From NCBI GenBank assembly GCA_963693365.1, contig CAVNZM010000007.1, positions 186,001-250,000 on the forward strand: a stretch of DNA of 64,000 nt, given 5' to 3'. The stretch's first letter is position 1; the number at the start of each line of letters is the position of its first letter. Position numbers and translations under genes: made by a program. This DNA is from Amoebidium appalachense (Eukaryota > Protista > Ichthyosporea). This document shows positions 37,591 to 53,083 of this stretch, piece after piece. Below the pieces are notes generated by a model, which was not told where the DNA came from, searched no databases, and worked only from the letters and a program-made list of their open reading frames with translations.

Positions 37591-40193
37591 ACACATACAC
37601 ACAGTGTCACGTGACACAGTCTAACACCTCCCAACACCTCCCCTCCCTTCTAAACGCAGCCTTCACTCCCCCCCCCCCCCCCCCCCCCCCCCCCACACAC
37701 ACACACCTCCACTCCCCCTCCCCCCCCCACACCCACCTGTATGCGCTGGTTCATGTAGTCGGCCACAAGCAGTCTGCCCTGCTTGTCCACGGCAATGCCC
37801 AGAGGGTCAACAAACTGCCCCTTCCCCTTCCCCTCGCCCCCAAACCTCATCTTCTGCCCCCCGGGCTTGCGGATGTAGACCCTGTGGTCCTTGCACGTTA
37901 TGAACACCGTCCCGTCCGGCCCCACGACAATTCCCTGCCCCTCATCGACCAGTTTCTCTACCCAGATGCGGGTGTGATCCTCCCTCAAATATGCACTGAC
38001 CTTCTTGCCCAGCCCCTCCACCACATAGACTGTGTCTGCATGCACAGCCACGGCATACGGGTCGTCAAATTCCTTCTTGCCGGAGCCAAGCATGCTCTTG
38101 TGGATGCGGATGTCCGAGTAGTCACGAACAGGCCCAACGGGAATGTCATTGGCGTCTGCGGTGGTAGCGGCGGCGAACGGGGTTGGGGTGCTTGGAGTAG
38201 ATGGGGGGCCCAGGTCACCAATCCGCTTGGGGGCAATCTCCGTTGTAGTGCCGGTGGAGCTTCTCCGTTCAAGTGCTATGGATGAGCAGTTGGGCCCGTT
38301 TTCGTTCTTGGCAGAGGTTTCGTCCTTGACTTGGCCGTTGGTCGTAGGTGGCGCGCTGGAGACTCCAGAGGGGATGGGGGAAGATGCGGGCTTAGCCCAA
38401 TGCCCTGAGGTTTTGCGTGTGGCCGTGGCGGGGGAATCAGCGGACCGAGTGGATGATGTTGCTGGGCCGGCAGTGGGCTGGGGGGAGGTCTGGGGGAAGG
38501 CGGGGCTGGAATGGCGCTTGGACAGCACGGTGAAGGGCCTGTCCTTAAGGGTGGGCTTGATGGGTGCAGATGTCACAGTGGGTGGGGGTAGGGCAGCGGG
38601 GGCCATCTGAGCAGGGCCTTGGTGTGTGGGTGCAGTGGGCACAACCTGGTCGGCCATAGGAGAAGTTATGGGTGGCTGGGGGACCACAGCACAGGGTTGG
38701 AGGCCAGGGGCCTTGAAGCCCATCTGTGCCTGCAGGTTGGCCTGCAAAGGGGAGGGCGTGGAGGTTGGGAAGGTGGGGATCTGTGCAGGAAAAAGAGGAT
38801 AGGGGAGCTTATAGGGTGGCGGGAATATTTTGCATGTCAAAGTGACTGGATAGAAGACACACGAACTCAACTGCCACCGGTACCAAGCAATAACCAAGCA
38901 CAACTTAGCACCAACCAAGCACAACTAAAAACCACCAAGCACCAAGCAAACACAAATTAGCACCAACCAAGCACCAAGCAAACACAACTTAGCACCAACC
39001 AAGCACCAAGCAAACACAACTTAGCATCAACCAAGCACAACCAAGCACCAACCAAGCACAACCAAGCACCAACCAGGCACCAAGCAAACACAACTTAGCG
39101 CCAACCAAACACCACCAAGCACCAACCAAGCACAACTAAGAACCAAGCACAACCGCTGGTCCAAGCACCAACCAAGCACAACTAAAAACCACCAAGCGCC
39201 CACCAAGCACAACTAAAAACCACCAAGCGCCCACCAAGCACAAGTCCAAAACACCAAGCACCAACCAAGCATAATTTAGCACCACCAAGCACGCTACCAA
39301 GCACTACCAAGTGCGACTGTCACATAGCACCACCAAGCACGGCCACCTGCACACAGCCACCACCCACCTGGAAGTTGTCCATAATCATGACCAGGAAGTG
39401 CAGCCCCCAGAACTCGGCCTCGATCCGCAGCAGTGAGCGCAGGTGGGGGTCTGTAGGCAGGAGAGCGGGGTGCTCCATGACACTGAGCAGAGACGCAAAC
39501 ACCACCGGGTCACGGTCCAGGTACACGGCACCTTGGGGGCCAACGGTGTTGAGCACGTGCCGGCCACAGAACATCTCCTGCGCATAAAAAACAAGGGCAT
39601 GAGAAATAGTCAGTCATCTTGGCAACATGCAGGAGTGGGACACTGAAAGCCACACAAAACAGCACACACACAGTCTGTACTTGCACATCTTTGAAGCTCA
39701 AGTTGGCCAAAAGATAGCGATTTGAGCAGAAATGACTGGATGGAATGGCGAGGAAAAACGAACCCACCCTATATGCCCTATAAAAAAAACCTATCCATAC
39801 CCTTGCCACACCAGAAACGATCACGTCAACCAGGAGAATTTCTGGAGATCTAAAGCAACGAACAAGATCTCTGGAGGATAGTATTTGGCTGACCTTTAGG
39901 AACGAGCCTTCCACACGAGTAAGCAGGCGGCGACTAGCCATGATGATGGTGCCCCGAACGCTCAGAATGACGGTTTCTTCTGCGCGCAGGTTCGTCTCCG
40001 CCACCCGCCTCTCCATTGCCTCGCAGAACTCTCTTGTAACCCTCATCCTCTCGTTTTCTGCCCTGGTCTGCTCTCTCTCCACACGAACCAGCTCTTTGAT
40101 TTGGGCAATGCGTTCGTTGAGTGCCAGTGCCGTGGACTCCAAAAAAGCAAGCTCACGGTCTAGCACCGTGTAAGCTGTTTCTTTTTCAGCCAT
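35828..40193 (-). CDS. Coiled-coil + BTB/POZ (KCTD/T1-type) + NHL-repeat beta-propeller protein, 5 exons, ~641 aa
   Basis: Exons 40193-39894, 39577-39368, 38741-37737, 36949-36787 and 36075-35828, total 1926 nt with matching phases. BTB: VILSVRGTIIMASRRLLTRVEGSFLKEMF...YLDRDPVVF...LRIEAEFWGL. NHL: GEGKGKGQFVDPLGIAVDKQGRLLVADYMNQRIQLF and GSGQFYGPIHMCADGHGQVLVADKDNQKI. Confidence 0.93.
36959..37054. repeat. 48-bp tandem duplication next to a splice acceptor of the BTB-NHL gene
   Basis: CCCCCCTACGTGGTTA..CACCTACTAGAGGAATGCTAAAACTGAAA occurs twice with 2 mismatches. Confidence 0.9.
38880..39340. repeat. Degenerate ACCAAGC(AC)-based minisatellite filling intron 2 of the BTB-NHL gene
   Basis: Many ACCAAGCAC / CAACCAAGC / AACTTAGCAC units in higher-order arrangement. 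Confidence 0.9.
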
Positions 40194-42075
40194 TTTGCTT
40201 CCGACTCCCTTGCTCCCATTCACAACTAAAAAGTGCCTGCCTGTCAAACCAAAGAATTGGCCAGGGGATCCCTCTGGATCTCGTTCACCACACGGCTATC
40301 ACAAACTCACAAGCTGGAGTCAATCAATACATATATTTCAAAAGCAATGTTTTATTTACAAAACAAAAAGAGGCGAGTAGCAATGTTTTCTCCTTTCTAC
40401 CACCACACACCAACCCTCTTTCTCTGTGTGGGTTCCACGTTCTGAGCTTTCAGCGGTGGCTTTTTCGTTTTTTCACGTTGGACCCCGTCATCTGCTGATG
40501 GCTGACTGATAAGGATGCGTTGGGGAGTTCCTATTGGCTGGGCAGTGTTTTTGGCGCCAAAAACTTTGGTAATTCGAGAGATCGCGACTCTTTTTTTTTT
40601 GGAAAGTCTTGTGGGTAAATTTTTAAACGTTGTCAGTGGCAGAGTGTAATGATGCAAAGCTTTCATGGCCTCAAAGAATTCTTGCCTCGCAGAAAATGGT
40701 CTTGAAGCTTTTTTATGTGCAGCACACGGACAGGAAAATGGGCAATGGCCACATCAGGGTCAGGGTCCGGTCTGACACCTCCCTCCCCTCTCCCCCCCCC
40801 CCCCCCCCCCTCCCCCTCCCCCCGAGGCTCCCCCCCCCCCTTCCCCTCCTCCCTTCCCCCCCTCCCCTCCCAAACCCACTTTTCCCCCCGGTTTCCCTTT
40901 CCCCTCGCACACTCTTATTCTTTCTCCCCCCCCCCCCCCCCCCTCCCCCCCCCCCCCCCCCCCCCCCCCGCCCTCCACACACACACACACACACATGTAC
41001 ACACACACGAACGCACGCCGCGTGGCACACACACACACAAAACGTACACACCGCCACACACATTGAAAGCTATCGTTTTCCTCCTCTAAATCTCCTTTCG
41101 GTGTTCTGGACAACCGCCCGGGCCGTGTCCCCACCTTCCCTCCCCAAACCGTGGCATGACCTTCCCCCTTCCTCGTTGGGGTACAGCCGCCGTCTCTCCC
41201 CTCAGCCCCCCCCCTCCCTCCCGAATTCCTCCACCTGCGCACACACACACACTGACAATTCTCGCTCGCGTCGTATGACACGAAGTCTCAGGACTAGGTG
41301 CAGGTTTCTCTTTCCGCTACTCCGTTGCCCACCTGGACAGGCTGCCGGGCCCTTAACGCAAACGCATATAGGGTGCAGTGGCTTCTCTCCATCCGGCTAG
41401 TGTCAGCACGTATACACGTGCGCCTATCTCTTCGCTAACTCAGTGACGATCTCCCGTTTCCACCCCACTCCTCCCGTCTTACCCCCTACTGCAAACCCCC
41501 TCCCCCCCCTCCTCTCTGCAAGTGCTTCCGCAAAAGGGGTACGGTTATATGATAGCTAGATCACTGTGCACATGTACAGAGATGTCTATTAGGTATGCAC
41601 AGATGTGCTGTCTGGACGCTGTTGAACTCTCCCAGGTGCTAAGAAACTTGCACAAACTGGCATACTCACAGTCATAATACCACACGAGCCCATGCAGCTC
41701 GAATTCATGATGTGTAGAATCAATCCAGCTTGGGATTTCTTCATTACTCACACACATAGAGGTGCAGAAAGCCCACCGGTGAAGTGAATGAAGCCACAGA
41801 TGGCCAGTTAGGTCTGGCCGATCGAGTGCATTGATAGAATGCACCGTGTGCACACACTGGGCTTGCAGCCGCCTGCAGTGCATATAAGTCGAGCACACAC
41901 ACTACTCACATGACACCACCTGAGTGCCCCTTGTTATCAAACCGGGGGTGCATGCGATCTTACTTCCCTGTTTGCTGTGCTCATTGAGGCTTTTAAAAGA
42001 AGAAGGCTTGTAATATGCTACTAATTGGTTATTGTTCGCTAATGCTTATGTTTCTGTAATACAGCACACCGTAAG

Positions 42076-42172
42076 TTACTGTGCTGCCTGTTGGTGACTA
42101 AAACCACACAAATATGAACAAAAGCAGTGAGGCCAGCTCACCTACCTACACAGGGGCAGTCATCCCAAATTG

Positions 42173-42243
<71 letters not shown>

Positions 42244-43621
42244 AAAATAAGCGAGCGCGAAAAGGCCCACCCAGCCATTTGTATCCCTGCTCCTACCCCC
42301 TCCCCCCGCCCCCACCCCCCCCCTCCCCCCACCCCCCCGCCCCTCCCCCCCCTTACCCTGCCTGCCCTCCCCTACCTTCCTCATCTCCTCCGGTCTCTGA
42401 GATGCAAGCACAGGTGAGGACTGCACCACCAGGGGTGAGACTGCGTTTGTGACCTTAAACCTCGAGTGCCTCTGTATGTTGATGGAGGTGTCTGACTGGG
42501 TGCGTGCAAGGGGGGCCTTGCTTTGCGCCTCGGAAAAATCCGCCAAACGACGCCCGTTTTCAACTGGTACAGACGGTTGGGGTTTGAGGGCCTGTGGAGG
42601 GCTGCGGGAGAAAGAGATTAGATTGATAGTAACACATGAGGAGCAGGAAATCTTGCACAGACAACTGTAAGTGCTCGTTTGTTTTCACAGACACTTGATA
42701 AACCCCGTTCCCCCCCAATTTCCCAGACCTGCTTCTTACCCCCGCTCCCCCTCCCCCTCCTTCCCCGCCATCCAGTTCGACATGCCTCTGTTTGTGGTTC
42801 TTCCCTCCCTCTCCTTCCCTTTTACCTGACGACGGCAGTTGTAACTTATAAAGTTCTATGGAATATTCTTTGGCATGTATTTTCGTGACTCGTAGTGTAA
42901 TCACAACTGGTGATGGCATACTGCCTCAACCAACCTCTAGTCCCCCGTCCCTTCATCTGTTTTGGGTGCAAAAACACCTGAGCACCTCTCGACATACTAG
43001 AACTGAGCAAGTCAACAGTTCAACCACACAACCGCACCCTCTTTTTCAGGCTAAACAAACACCCCCCCCCCCCCCCCCCCCCCCCCCCCAACCCTCCCGT
43101 TGTCCTTCTTCGAAAACCCTCTCCCCTTCCTACTTCCCCCCACCTTGTGGCCTTGTCCGGAACTTTATTAATTTAATTCGCTCTCCTTTCCCCTGCTCTT
43201 CCCCTCCCTACCTGTAGTGTGAGTCAAACCGCGCGTTTGCCACTCTCGACCTGGGCGAGAAGCATCTCTTGCGCACGTCCGATGAGCTCTCTGAGGCGAG
43301 GTCACACAGCTGGCCGTGCGACTGCACCCTCCTCACCGTGTCATAAATCTCGACCTCTGGGTGCCATGTTACCGTTCGTCGAGTACTAAGCACCTGCCCA
43401 TTTCCAAACTCTTCTGTGCTTTGTGTCACGCTAGTTGAGCTATAACTACGGGGGCGGTGTCTAGACAGCAAAATGGAAGGGAAAGAAGGGGCTGGTTCAT
43501 TCTCAACAACGGAAAACACCTTGTTTGTGTTGTGTGTCGTGGTGGTTGTGATAAGAGGATCGGAAGAGGTTCTGCCCACTCTTAAAGGGTGTGTGTCTGA
43601 TTGAACGGTAGGCGTGGTCAT
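42076..43621 (-). CDS. Small Ser/Thr/Arg-rich disordered protein with an RVxF-type motif (possible PP1 interactor)
   Basis: Exon 43621-43212 (MTTPTVQ...RRTVTWHPEV...HY ag|GTAGGG) joins in phase 2 to 42601-42376 (CTTTCTCCCGCAG|...LARTQSDTS...RHSRFKV...EMRK|GTAGGG). The last exon is uncertain (possibly 42087-42076, AAQ*). Confidence 0.6.
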
Positions 43622-44477
43622 TATGAAGACACTATCAACATTTAAAAACGCTGTGTGGTGAAAAAAAAAGGTCCAGAAGCAGCGGTGACGAATTTTTTTC
43701 GTCTGCAAGATGAAAAGCAAAAAAAAGATGTCGTAGCACGCTCGCGTTCCCTCGCCCGCCTGAGGTTTACTCCCACACACACCGAACCTACGCAGGGCTC
43801 CATTTACTACAGCAACCCGCTATACATGTGCATTACTGTGAGGTGTGTGTCACATTTGCATACATGATAGCCTACCGCACACCACGTTTTTCGTTTCAAG
43901 TTGTTTCTGTGGAGAAAAACAAAGCCTCAGTTTGCCTCGCATAGCAGTTGTGTTTGTTTTGTGGGAAGTTGAACAGAACAGGGCACGCGGCTGCCCGGGA
44001 GTATTGAGGAATTTATTGTGGAATGATTGGAATTTATGGACGGTGTTCCCGATCTGTTCCGATGACTCGCACGGTGACCAGGTGATGATCACTTGAATCA
44101 TAAGTGAAGAAGACATAATTTTGTAATAAAGTAAACAAAACACCTGTCAAGTAAGTTTTCATTGTTGTGCTACTTATACATCTTTATTCAAGGCTCTATT
44201 TGCATTACTGCGTGGCAGCTGTCCAATTCGCATTCAAGCCTGGGTCATGATAGTAGTGAACGTGCAGTGGTATGGGCATGATCATGGGTAAATTTGAGAA
44301 AACCTTCAGGGAGGCACAGGTATATGGGACATGATGCTCAATATACTTTGACAGACAATATGAACATAGTCATGTATGCACGGTAGTCTTTTGAAGCTGA
44401 GGCAGTTGCTGTACCAGTGCGTGTGTATGCGTGTGCGTGTGCGTGCACCAAGACTTAGTTCGTGACGGTGTGTGTGT

Positions 44478-44557
<80 letters not shown>

Positions 44558-45000
44558 CACTGTGTGTGTGTGTGTGTGTGTGTGCATGTTTGTGTGTATG
44601 TGACACTGTGTGACGTGTGTGTACACGTGTGTGTGTGTGTGTGTGTGTGTGTTTGTGTGTGTTGTTTGTGTGCGTGTGACGTGTGTGTGCGTGCGTGCGT
44701 GTGTGACCGTCGGACTGGGCCAGTCACGGTGTTTGTGTGCGTGTGCGTGTGTGTGTGCGTGTGACTGCGTTCCAGTGTTTGCGTGCGTGTGTGACACTGT
44801 GCGTGTGTGTGTGTGTGACTGTGTGCCAGTGTGTGTGTATGTGTGTGTGTGTCAGTGTGCCGTGTGTGTGACTGTGTGTGCGTGCCGTTGTGTGCACCTG
44901 TGGCACTACGTGTGTGCGCGACGCCGTGCGTGTGTCTGGTGTGTACACGTACATGTGGCTGTATGGTGACAAGTGTTCATGTGTGTGTGTGTGTGTGTGC

Positions 45001-45107
<107 letters not shown>

Positions 45108-45109
45108 AC

Positions 45110-45193
<84 letters not shown>

Positions 45194-46391
45194 CGTGTGT
45201 GCACGTGTGTGTCAGCTGAGTCTCAGCTAAAAGCGTACATGTGCATGTGCGCGTGCATGCGTGTGTGCGTGCGTTCAATGCCGTGTGTGCGGGCGTTACT
45301 GCGTGCGTGCGTAGCTATAGTGCATTCCGAAGTTCTGAAATAATAATGATGATCGGATGCGGGTGACTGGGTGTGCAAAGAAGACATGGCCATGGGCCAC
45401 CCGGGGAATTGTCACCCCAGTGATCAGTGGCACAGACAGCACACTAAGCAGCACAAGCAAGTGCAAGATAGTGGCGCACATGCAAGCAAGCCGCGGATAG
45501 TACATAGTACTACAAAGCTATATAATGCCTGAACCGTTCGGCACCTGGTCCACTGCCGCAAATGTTTCGATTCCATATATGGCATGTCCATTTCGGGGTA
45601 GCGCCATTAAAGGCATACCGTAGTAGTAGTACCATACATGCCACAATTTAAATCGCCTACATAATTGTCAGGATTGTGACTTAGGCGGTGTACCAGTTGA
45701 AAGTGGCTTTCCATTTTTTTCTTCTTCTTCTTTTTCTTCAGTTTTTTTCTGCTTTCTTTTTTTCTTTTCTTTCTTTCTTTGCTACGTAGGCTTTCTTTCT
45801 TTTCTTTCTTTCTTTTTTTTTTTTTGGGGGGGGGGGGGGGGTCTCTCTTCTATTTTTTCCCTCTTTTTTCGTTTTTGTTTTTTCTTGGGGGTGGGGGTGG
45901 TGGTGGGGGGGGAGAGGGGGGAAGCAGTTAAAACCGCGTTAAGAAGCAGACCGCGTTAAAGAAAAAAACATGGCACTATGTGGTTATAACCATAATAACA
46001 CTTGAATTCACGTTTGAGATCATGGTAGGCTGGTGTGACCCATGCTGTATCAAACAGCATCTCAGCCAACATATGTATCTTGCATGTTTTGGGCAGTCAC
46101 AATCTTTGCAACACCTACTAATACATATATTCCTATTGATTTTAACACCGGTTTCCCGGGCACCCATCCATACGAAACACTGGCTCCGGGTCACGCAATC
46201 CAGACATCTAAAGTCATTCAAGTTTTGGATATCACTGAGTATATACATATGATAATAATTCACATACAGTATTCTATTTTCAATTGTCAAGGAAACGAGT
46301 TATTTTTAGGTACGCAATTCGCCCTGTGTAATATAACATTCGTAATCCACAAACTTATACATACGTTTTTTTTAAGTCCACCTGGCACCCA

Positions 46392-47465
46392 TCAGAACGA
46401 ACGAGGCCCAGTATACAGGAACATGGGGGTTGAATGGGCGCGCCGATGTGCATTTTTTTGCATAAATACATCCCTCACATACTTTCCCAATTTCGCAGGA
46501 CATGTGGTAAGCGTCACCTCCTTCCCCGTCTGATATCTCCCCTCCACATATCTCGTCAGCTCCAGTGACGACATTTCAAGCACGTGCTTCCCATCCACGT
46601 GTGTTATTATTCTATTGCCTTCCATGTGTGCCTCCGCACATGCCGTGCCCGGGGAGGGGACCATTATTTCCAATTGCTCGAGAGAAAGCCCCAGAGGCTG
46701 CTCGGTTTTTGACTTTTGCAGCGTGTAGTCTACAAAGAGCGGACTGTCAGTCACGCTAATCTCGACCTGGTCGCTGCTGCGTAGAACATCAATGACGTTT
46801 TGGGGGGGCACAAAGCGTTCTGTCAAAAACGCCTCGTTGACGACGTCGATACGGTCACCAATCTGCAGGGCGGGGGGGGGGGGGGGGGGAGGGGGGGGGT
46901 GATCAGAAACCAAGGAAGAGACTGAGATAGGACTCACTAAAGAACAGTCGGTCGATGGATAACGAGGAGTTCCCGGGGGCGCAGAGGGGGGGGGGGGGGG
47001 GGGGGAGGGGGGATTGTTGACTGGCCGGACAGGTCTGGGCGCACGTGCATGCCTGTAGAGTTACATGTACAGCTTATTGCACACAACACGTAACTGAGAA
47101 ACCTCCCGTTCAAATCAGAGAAGGGGTTTGTAATGCGTCACAGAGCACGAAACATGCAATCACGGGCGGGCAAAAAAAAAAAAAAGAAACGGGCTACCCG
47201 AAAGAGAGGGCTTTCCAAAAGGCATGGCACACAAAAAGTCTACACATCACAAGTCGAGCCCGTCCTCCCGGCGGGGGGGGGGGGGGGGGGGGGGGATGGG
47301 GAGGTGAAGGGGGAGGGGGGAGGGCGCAAGTTATGCACATCAGCTCGAATTCGCATGACTCAGAGGCGGAAATGGGGTTATGTGTGTGTATGTGTTTGGG
47401 AGCCGGGGGGAGAGGGAGGGGAGGGGTGAAAGAAGCGGTGTGTGTGTGTGTTTATGTGCGTGCGT

Positions 47466-47514
<49 letters not shown>

Positions 47515-47547
47515 TGTGTGTGTGTGCGTGCGTGCGTGCGTGCGTGC

Positions 47548-47582
<35 letters not shown>

Positions 47583-48647
47583 TGTGTGTGTGCGTGCGTG
47601 CGTGCGTGCGTGCGTGTGTGTCTGTGCGTATGTCTGTGTGTGTGTGTGTGTGCGTGTGCGTGTGCGTGTGCGTGTGCGTGTGCGTGTGCGTGTGCGTGTG
47701 TGTGTGCCTGTGTGTGTGTGTGTGTGCACGTGGAGGAGGGGGGGAGGGGGGAGGAGGCCACAGGACGATGCACAGTATTGAGCAACAAAAAGGCCTTAAA
47801 ACGAGTACCATCATCATAATGGTTATGAGGTACACATAGAAAACTAGCGGCTGAGTAACGGAAAGTGGATATAGTGTGAGGCCCCGGACCATTACATCAA
47901 ATTATATTAAAGTTATTAAGAATGTGCATTAATAGTGACAAGATATATAATTACTTACATAATCTGTCTTAATGAATACTGGGGCACCTAATTTCAAGCA
48001 CGGCATACTATATGTATTGCCTATAACACTAACCCAAAACTCAAATACATCACTAATTCTCTTTTCACTGGGACGAACAGATAGATATCAAGACAAGATA
48101 ACCGCGGGTGCTTCATCGAGTCATGATCCTCCCCTATATAAAACAGCCAGGATCCCATCCTGAGCAAGTCATCTACCCTTGAAGGGGGGGAGGGGGGGGG
48201 GGGGAGATTATGTGCTCATCCTGCAGGAATGTCAACGCGAGGGGAGGGGGGAGAAGAAGAATAATGCCCCACGTAAGAGCTTCCACTTGCGTCACTTGGC
48301 CGTGCAAAAGTGCAGGCACGGTCATGCGCGTAAATATCACGTCTCATGTGCAACACAAGACATACCTCGATGCCCAGACACCAAGCATAACTCCCCGGCT
48401 CCACATACGTCACATAGATGCCGCAACGGAAATAGCACAGGCTAGCCCCAAACGGCACGTCTTTTCTCTTTTTGAGCGAAAACTCTCGTTTAAATTTCTG
48501 CTTCCCCGTCTCTCGTGGTGGCTCGAAAACGGGCGGTTGCTTTTGTTTTTCTGTTGCTGGTTGTCGTTGTTGTGGTTTGAAAAGAGAGGGCCTTCCTATG
48601 GTAATAAGACCGTAGGAGCCTGGCGTGGCTAGGTCATGCTCACACAT
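46392..48647 (-). CDS. Tandem-PDZ protein, syntenin/X11-like, 2 exons, ~250 aa
   Basis: Exons 48647-48366 ([18 protein letters not shown]...[19 protein letters not shown]|GT) and 46862-46392 (IGDRIDVVN...[25 protein letters not shown]...[10 protein letters not shown]...VTLTTCP). Parallels the syntenin PDZ1-PDZ2 tandem with its short linker. Confidence 0.85.
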
Positions 48648-48789
48648 TTTCAACGAAAGAAAAAGTTACATGGCTATTTCTTTGTTGTGAAAAAAGTTGG
48701 AGGGGGAAAAAAAAAAGAGGGTGAGAACTTCATTTTTTGTACTCGCGCCGTGAATCCAAAGCACTGGCTTAGCCATGGCAGCACTAGGT

Positions 48790-49030
48790 TGTCAACTGAT
48801 AAGGGGTGATAACACTGATAAGGCGGGTGGACGCGGCATGTAACGTAAGGTATTAGTTAGGTTTGGTTGGGTGAAATAATTCATTATAACCATAAATAGT
48901 TATTTTTGCGCAGGTTTGTATTTGAATTCCTGTAAAGTCATGCCAGTGCGTATTCACGACTCGGCTCAAGAATGTGATTGGTGGAACAATTCGAAAAACA
49001 TTTGAGTGGCTCACACTGATAAGGCGGAAA
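48790..49030. promoter_or_regulatory. GATA-motif cluster upstream of the PDZ gene
   Basis: ACACTGATAAGGCGG occurs twice (~48812 and ~49013), plus ACTGATAAGG and GTGATAAC nearby. Confidence 0.35.
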
Positions 49031-50079
49031 TTTTTCACGTGCGCCCAAGGCCTCCTACAATACTCTGTCACCTGATAGAGTAGGAGGCCTTGCCCCCGGC
49101 CGGACGGTGTGCCGTGTACGTGACCACGTGTTTTGTGTGCCAGCCAGCCTAAGTAAGGGAAAGAGCACGTGATTTTCAGTTGTGCCTAAAGAAGAGAGAT
49201 AGGGGAGAAGCATCTATGTTGGCGTTTCTATCGCTGATGAAAACTGCGCTGGGGCATCTTCGGTCCCATTTGCAAGCACCAACATTCGCCCATGTTCACC
49301 ATGGCCATGCATACGCGCATGGGCGATTGAGAGCTGTGTCACCATCGGCATAGATATATGAAGGGCATTCTTGTGCAGAGAGCGAGTGTTTTGAGGTAAA
49401 TAGATTATGCATGCATGTCAGGTGCCTTCAACCTAACCCATCCATGAGCAAGCACATGCTTCGGACTGCCACACCGTGAAAAGCCCCAGTCAAAACTCAT
49501 GTCGTTCTACGTAGGTGGGTAACACGCTGTGTTGTACATACACAAGCAACACGCACGCACAAACGCGCACACGCACGCACGCACACTTGCACAGACACGC
49601 ACCGTGTGGCAGCGTCTTTGCACACGGACACTCACATAAACCGTGGGCCATTCACACACCGGCAAGTACACAGCAAAGCAACACTTCACACCGCCGTACC
49701 CAATCACACCCAGCACACTGGGGAATAGTGCCACGCACACACACACATATACACATACGCACACGCACACGCACACGCACACGCACACGCACACGAACAC
49801 GCACACGAACATGCACACGCACACGCGCACGCGCGCGCACGCGCACACGGACACGCACACGCACACGCACGCACACCCACGAAAACACGCACACAGACAC
49901 ACACACACACGCTTGCGCGCGCACACACACATACAAACGTGCACACACGCACGCACACACACACACACAGACACATAAGCATTATAGAAATATCTCTCTA
50001 ACTCCCCTACTTCTCCTTTCCCCCCCCTCCCCCCGCGCCCCGCTCTGCTCTCCTCTCTCTCACTCCCTCCCTCGTTCCG

Positions 50080-50127
<48 letters not shown>

Positions 50128-50245
50128 CCCACCCCCACCTCTCTCTCCCTCTCTCTCCTCCTTTTTCCCTCTCTCTCCCTCTCTGTCTCTCTCTCACCCT
50201 CTCTCACAGACACTTTCTCCCCCCTCCCCCCGCTCCCCCGCTCTC

Positions 50246-50276
<31 letters not shown>

Positions 50277-51290
50277 CCAAACACACCACCACCACCACCA
50301 CCACCACCACCACCTTCCCCTCTCTCAGCTGCAGACACCTCTACTCCCCCCCCCCCCCCCCCCCTCCCCCCCCCCCCCCCCCCTTCCCCCTCCTCTTCCT
50401 CCTGCCCTGCAGAATTCATAAACAAAGCGATAGCCTACAGTTATTACCTCGGGAGGCCTTTCCATAACCTAATTTCTCCCCCCCCCCCCCCCCCCCCCCC
50501 CCCCCACCACCACCACCACCACCAAATATATTCGATGCCCCGCCTTCCCCTCACCAGAGAGCCCCCCTTCCCTTTCTTCTCCAGTAAAACATACTGATTA
50601 GATTTCAACCTCCCTGCCAGATATCTGTGAGCAAGACAAAATGGAGAGAAAAAGTCTTTCTGTTTCAAACCCTGAAACCAAAGAGTCATGCTTTTGTGGG
50701 ACCTGGAAACATCGAGTAAAATCGAGGTGAGTCCAGAACACACATAGGCACAAATCATTAGTAAAAAACGAAAAAAAAAAAAAAAAAAGGGGGGGGGGGG
50801 GGGGGGGGGGCTGGTTGGAAAAATTGACCCTTGGTGCAGTAGCATAAGGACGCGGTTGTGAGTGCAGCTTTGGGGCAAATCCTACCCCCCCCCCCCCCCC
50901 CCCCCCGGCCCCCGCTTTCCCTTGCCGTTTATGTTATGTTTTTGTTGGCAAACTGGTTGATAAAAAGGTATAGTGAAAGGCATCACACATGGGCAGAGGG
51001 TATGGGGCAGGCACTTTGAGAGACCAGGGGGTGGGAGGAGGAGGAAGGAGAGGAGGAGGAGGGGTTTTCGAAGGGTGGAGTTAAAGATGGAGGTGGTGGA
51101 GTTGGTTGTGGGGGGGCTGGAGGGGGGGGGGGGGGGGGGGGGGGCGGGGCAGGGGGGTGGAGGGGGGGAGGCGGGCTAGGGTGCCCTGGGCGGGGGGCAG
51201 GGGGAGGGAGGGAGGGGGGGGGAAGGGGGCGCAGGGGAGGGCGGGAGAGGGGGGGGGGAAGGGGAGAGGATCGAGTGATGCTTTGCAAAG

Positions 51291-53083
<1,793 letters not shown>

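Noticed and set aside
42500-42621. Plus-strand WYRRLGF resembling a GNAT acetyltransferase motif
   Set aside because: Short frame bounded by stops, and antisense to a better-supported spliced minus-strand exon.
45976-46290. Cys-containing AT-rich ORFs downstream of the PDZ gene
   Set aside because: No recognisable domain; probably 3'UTR or intergenic sequence.
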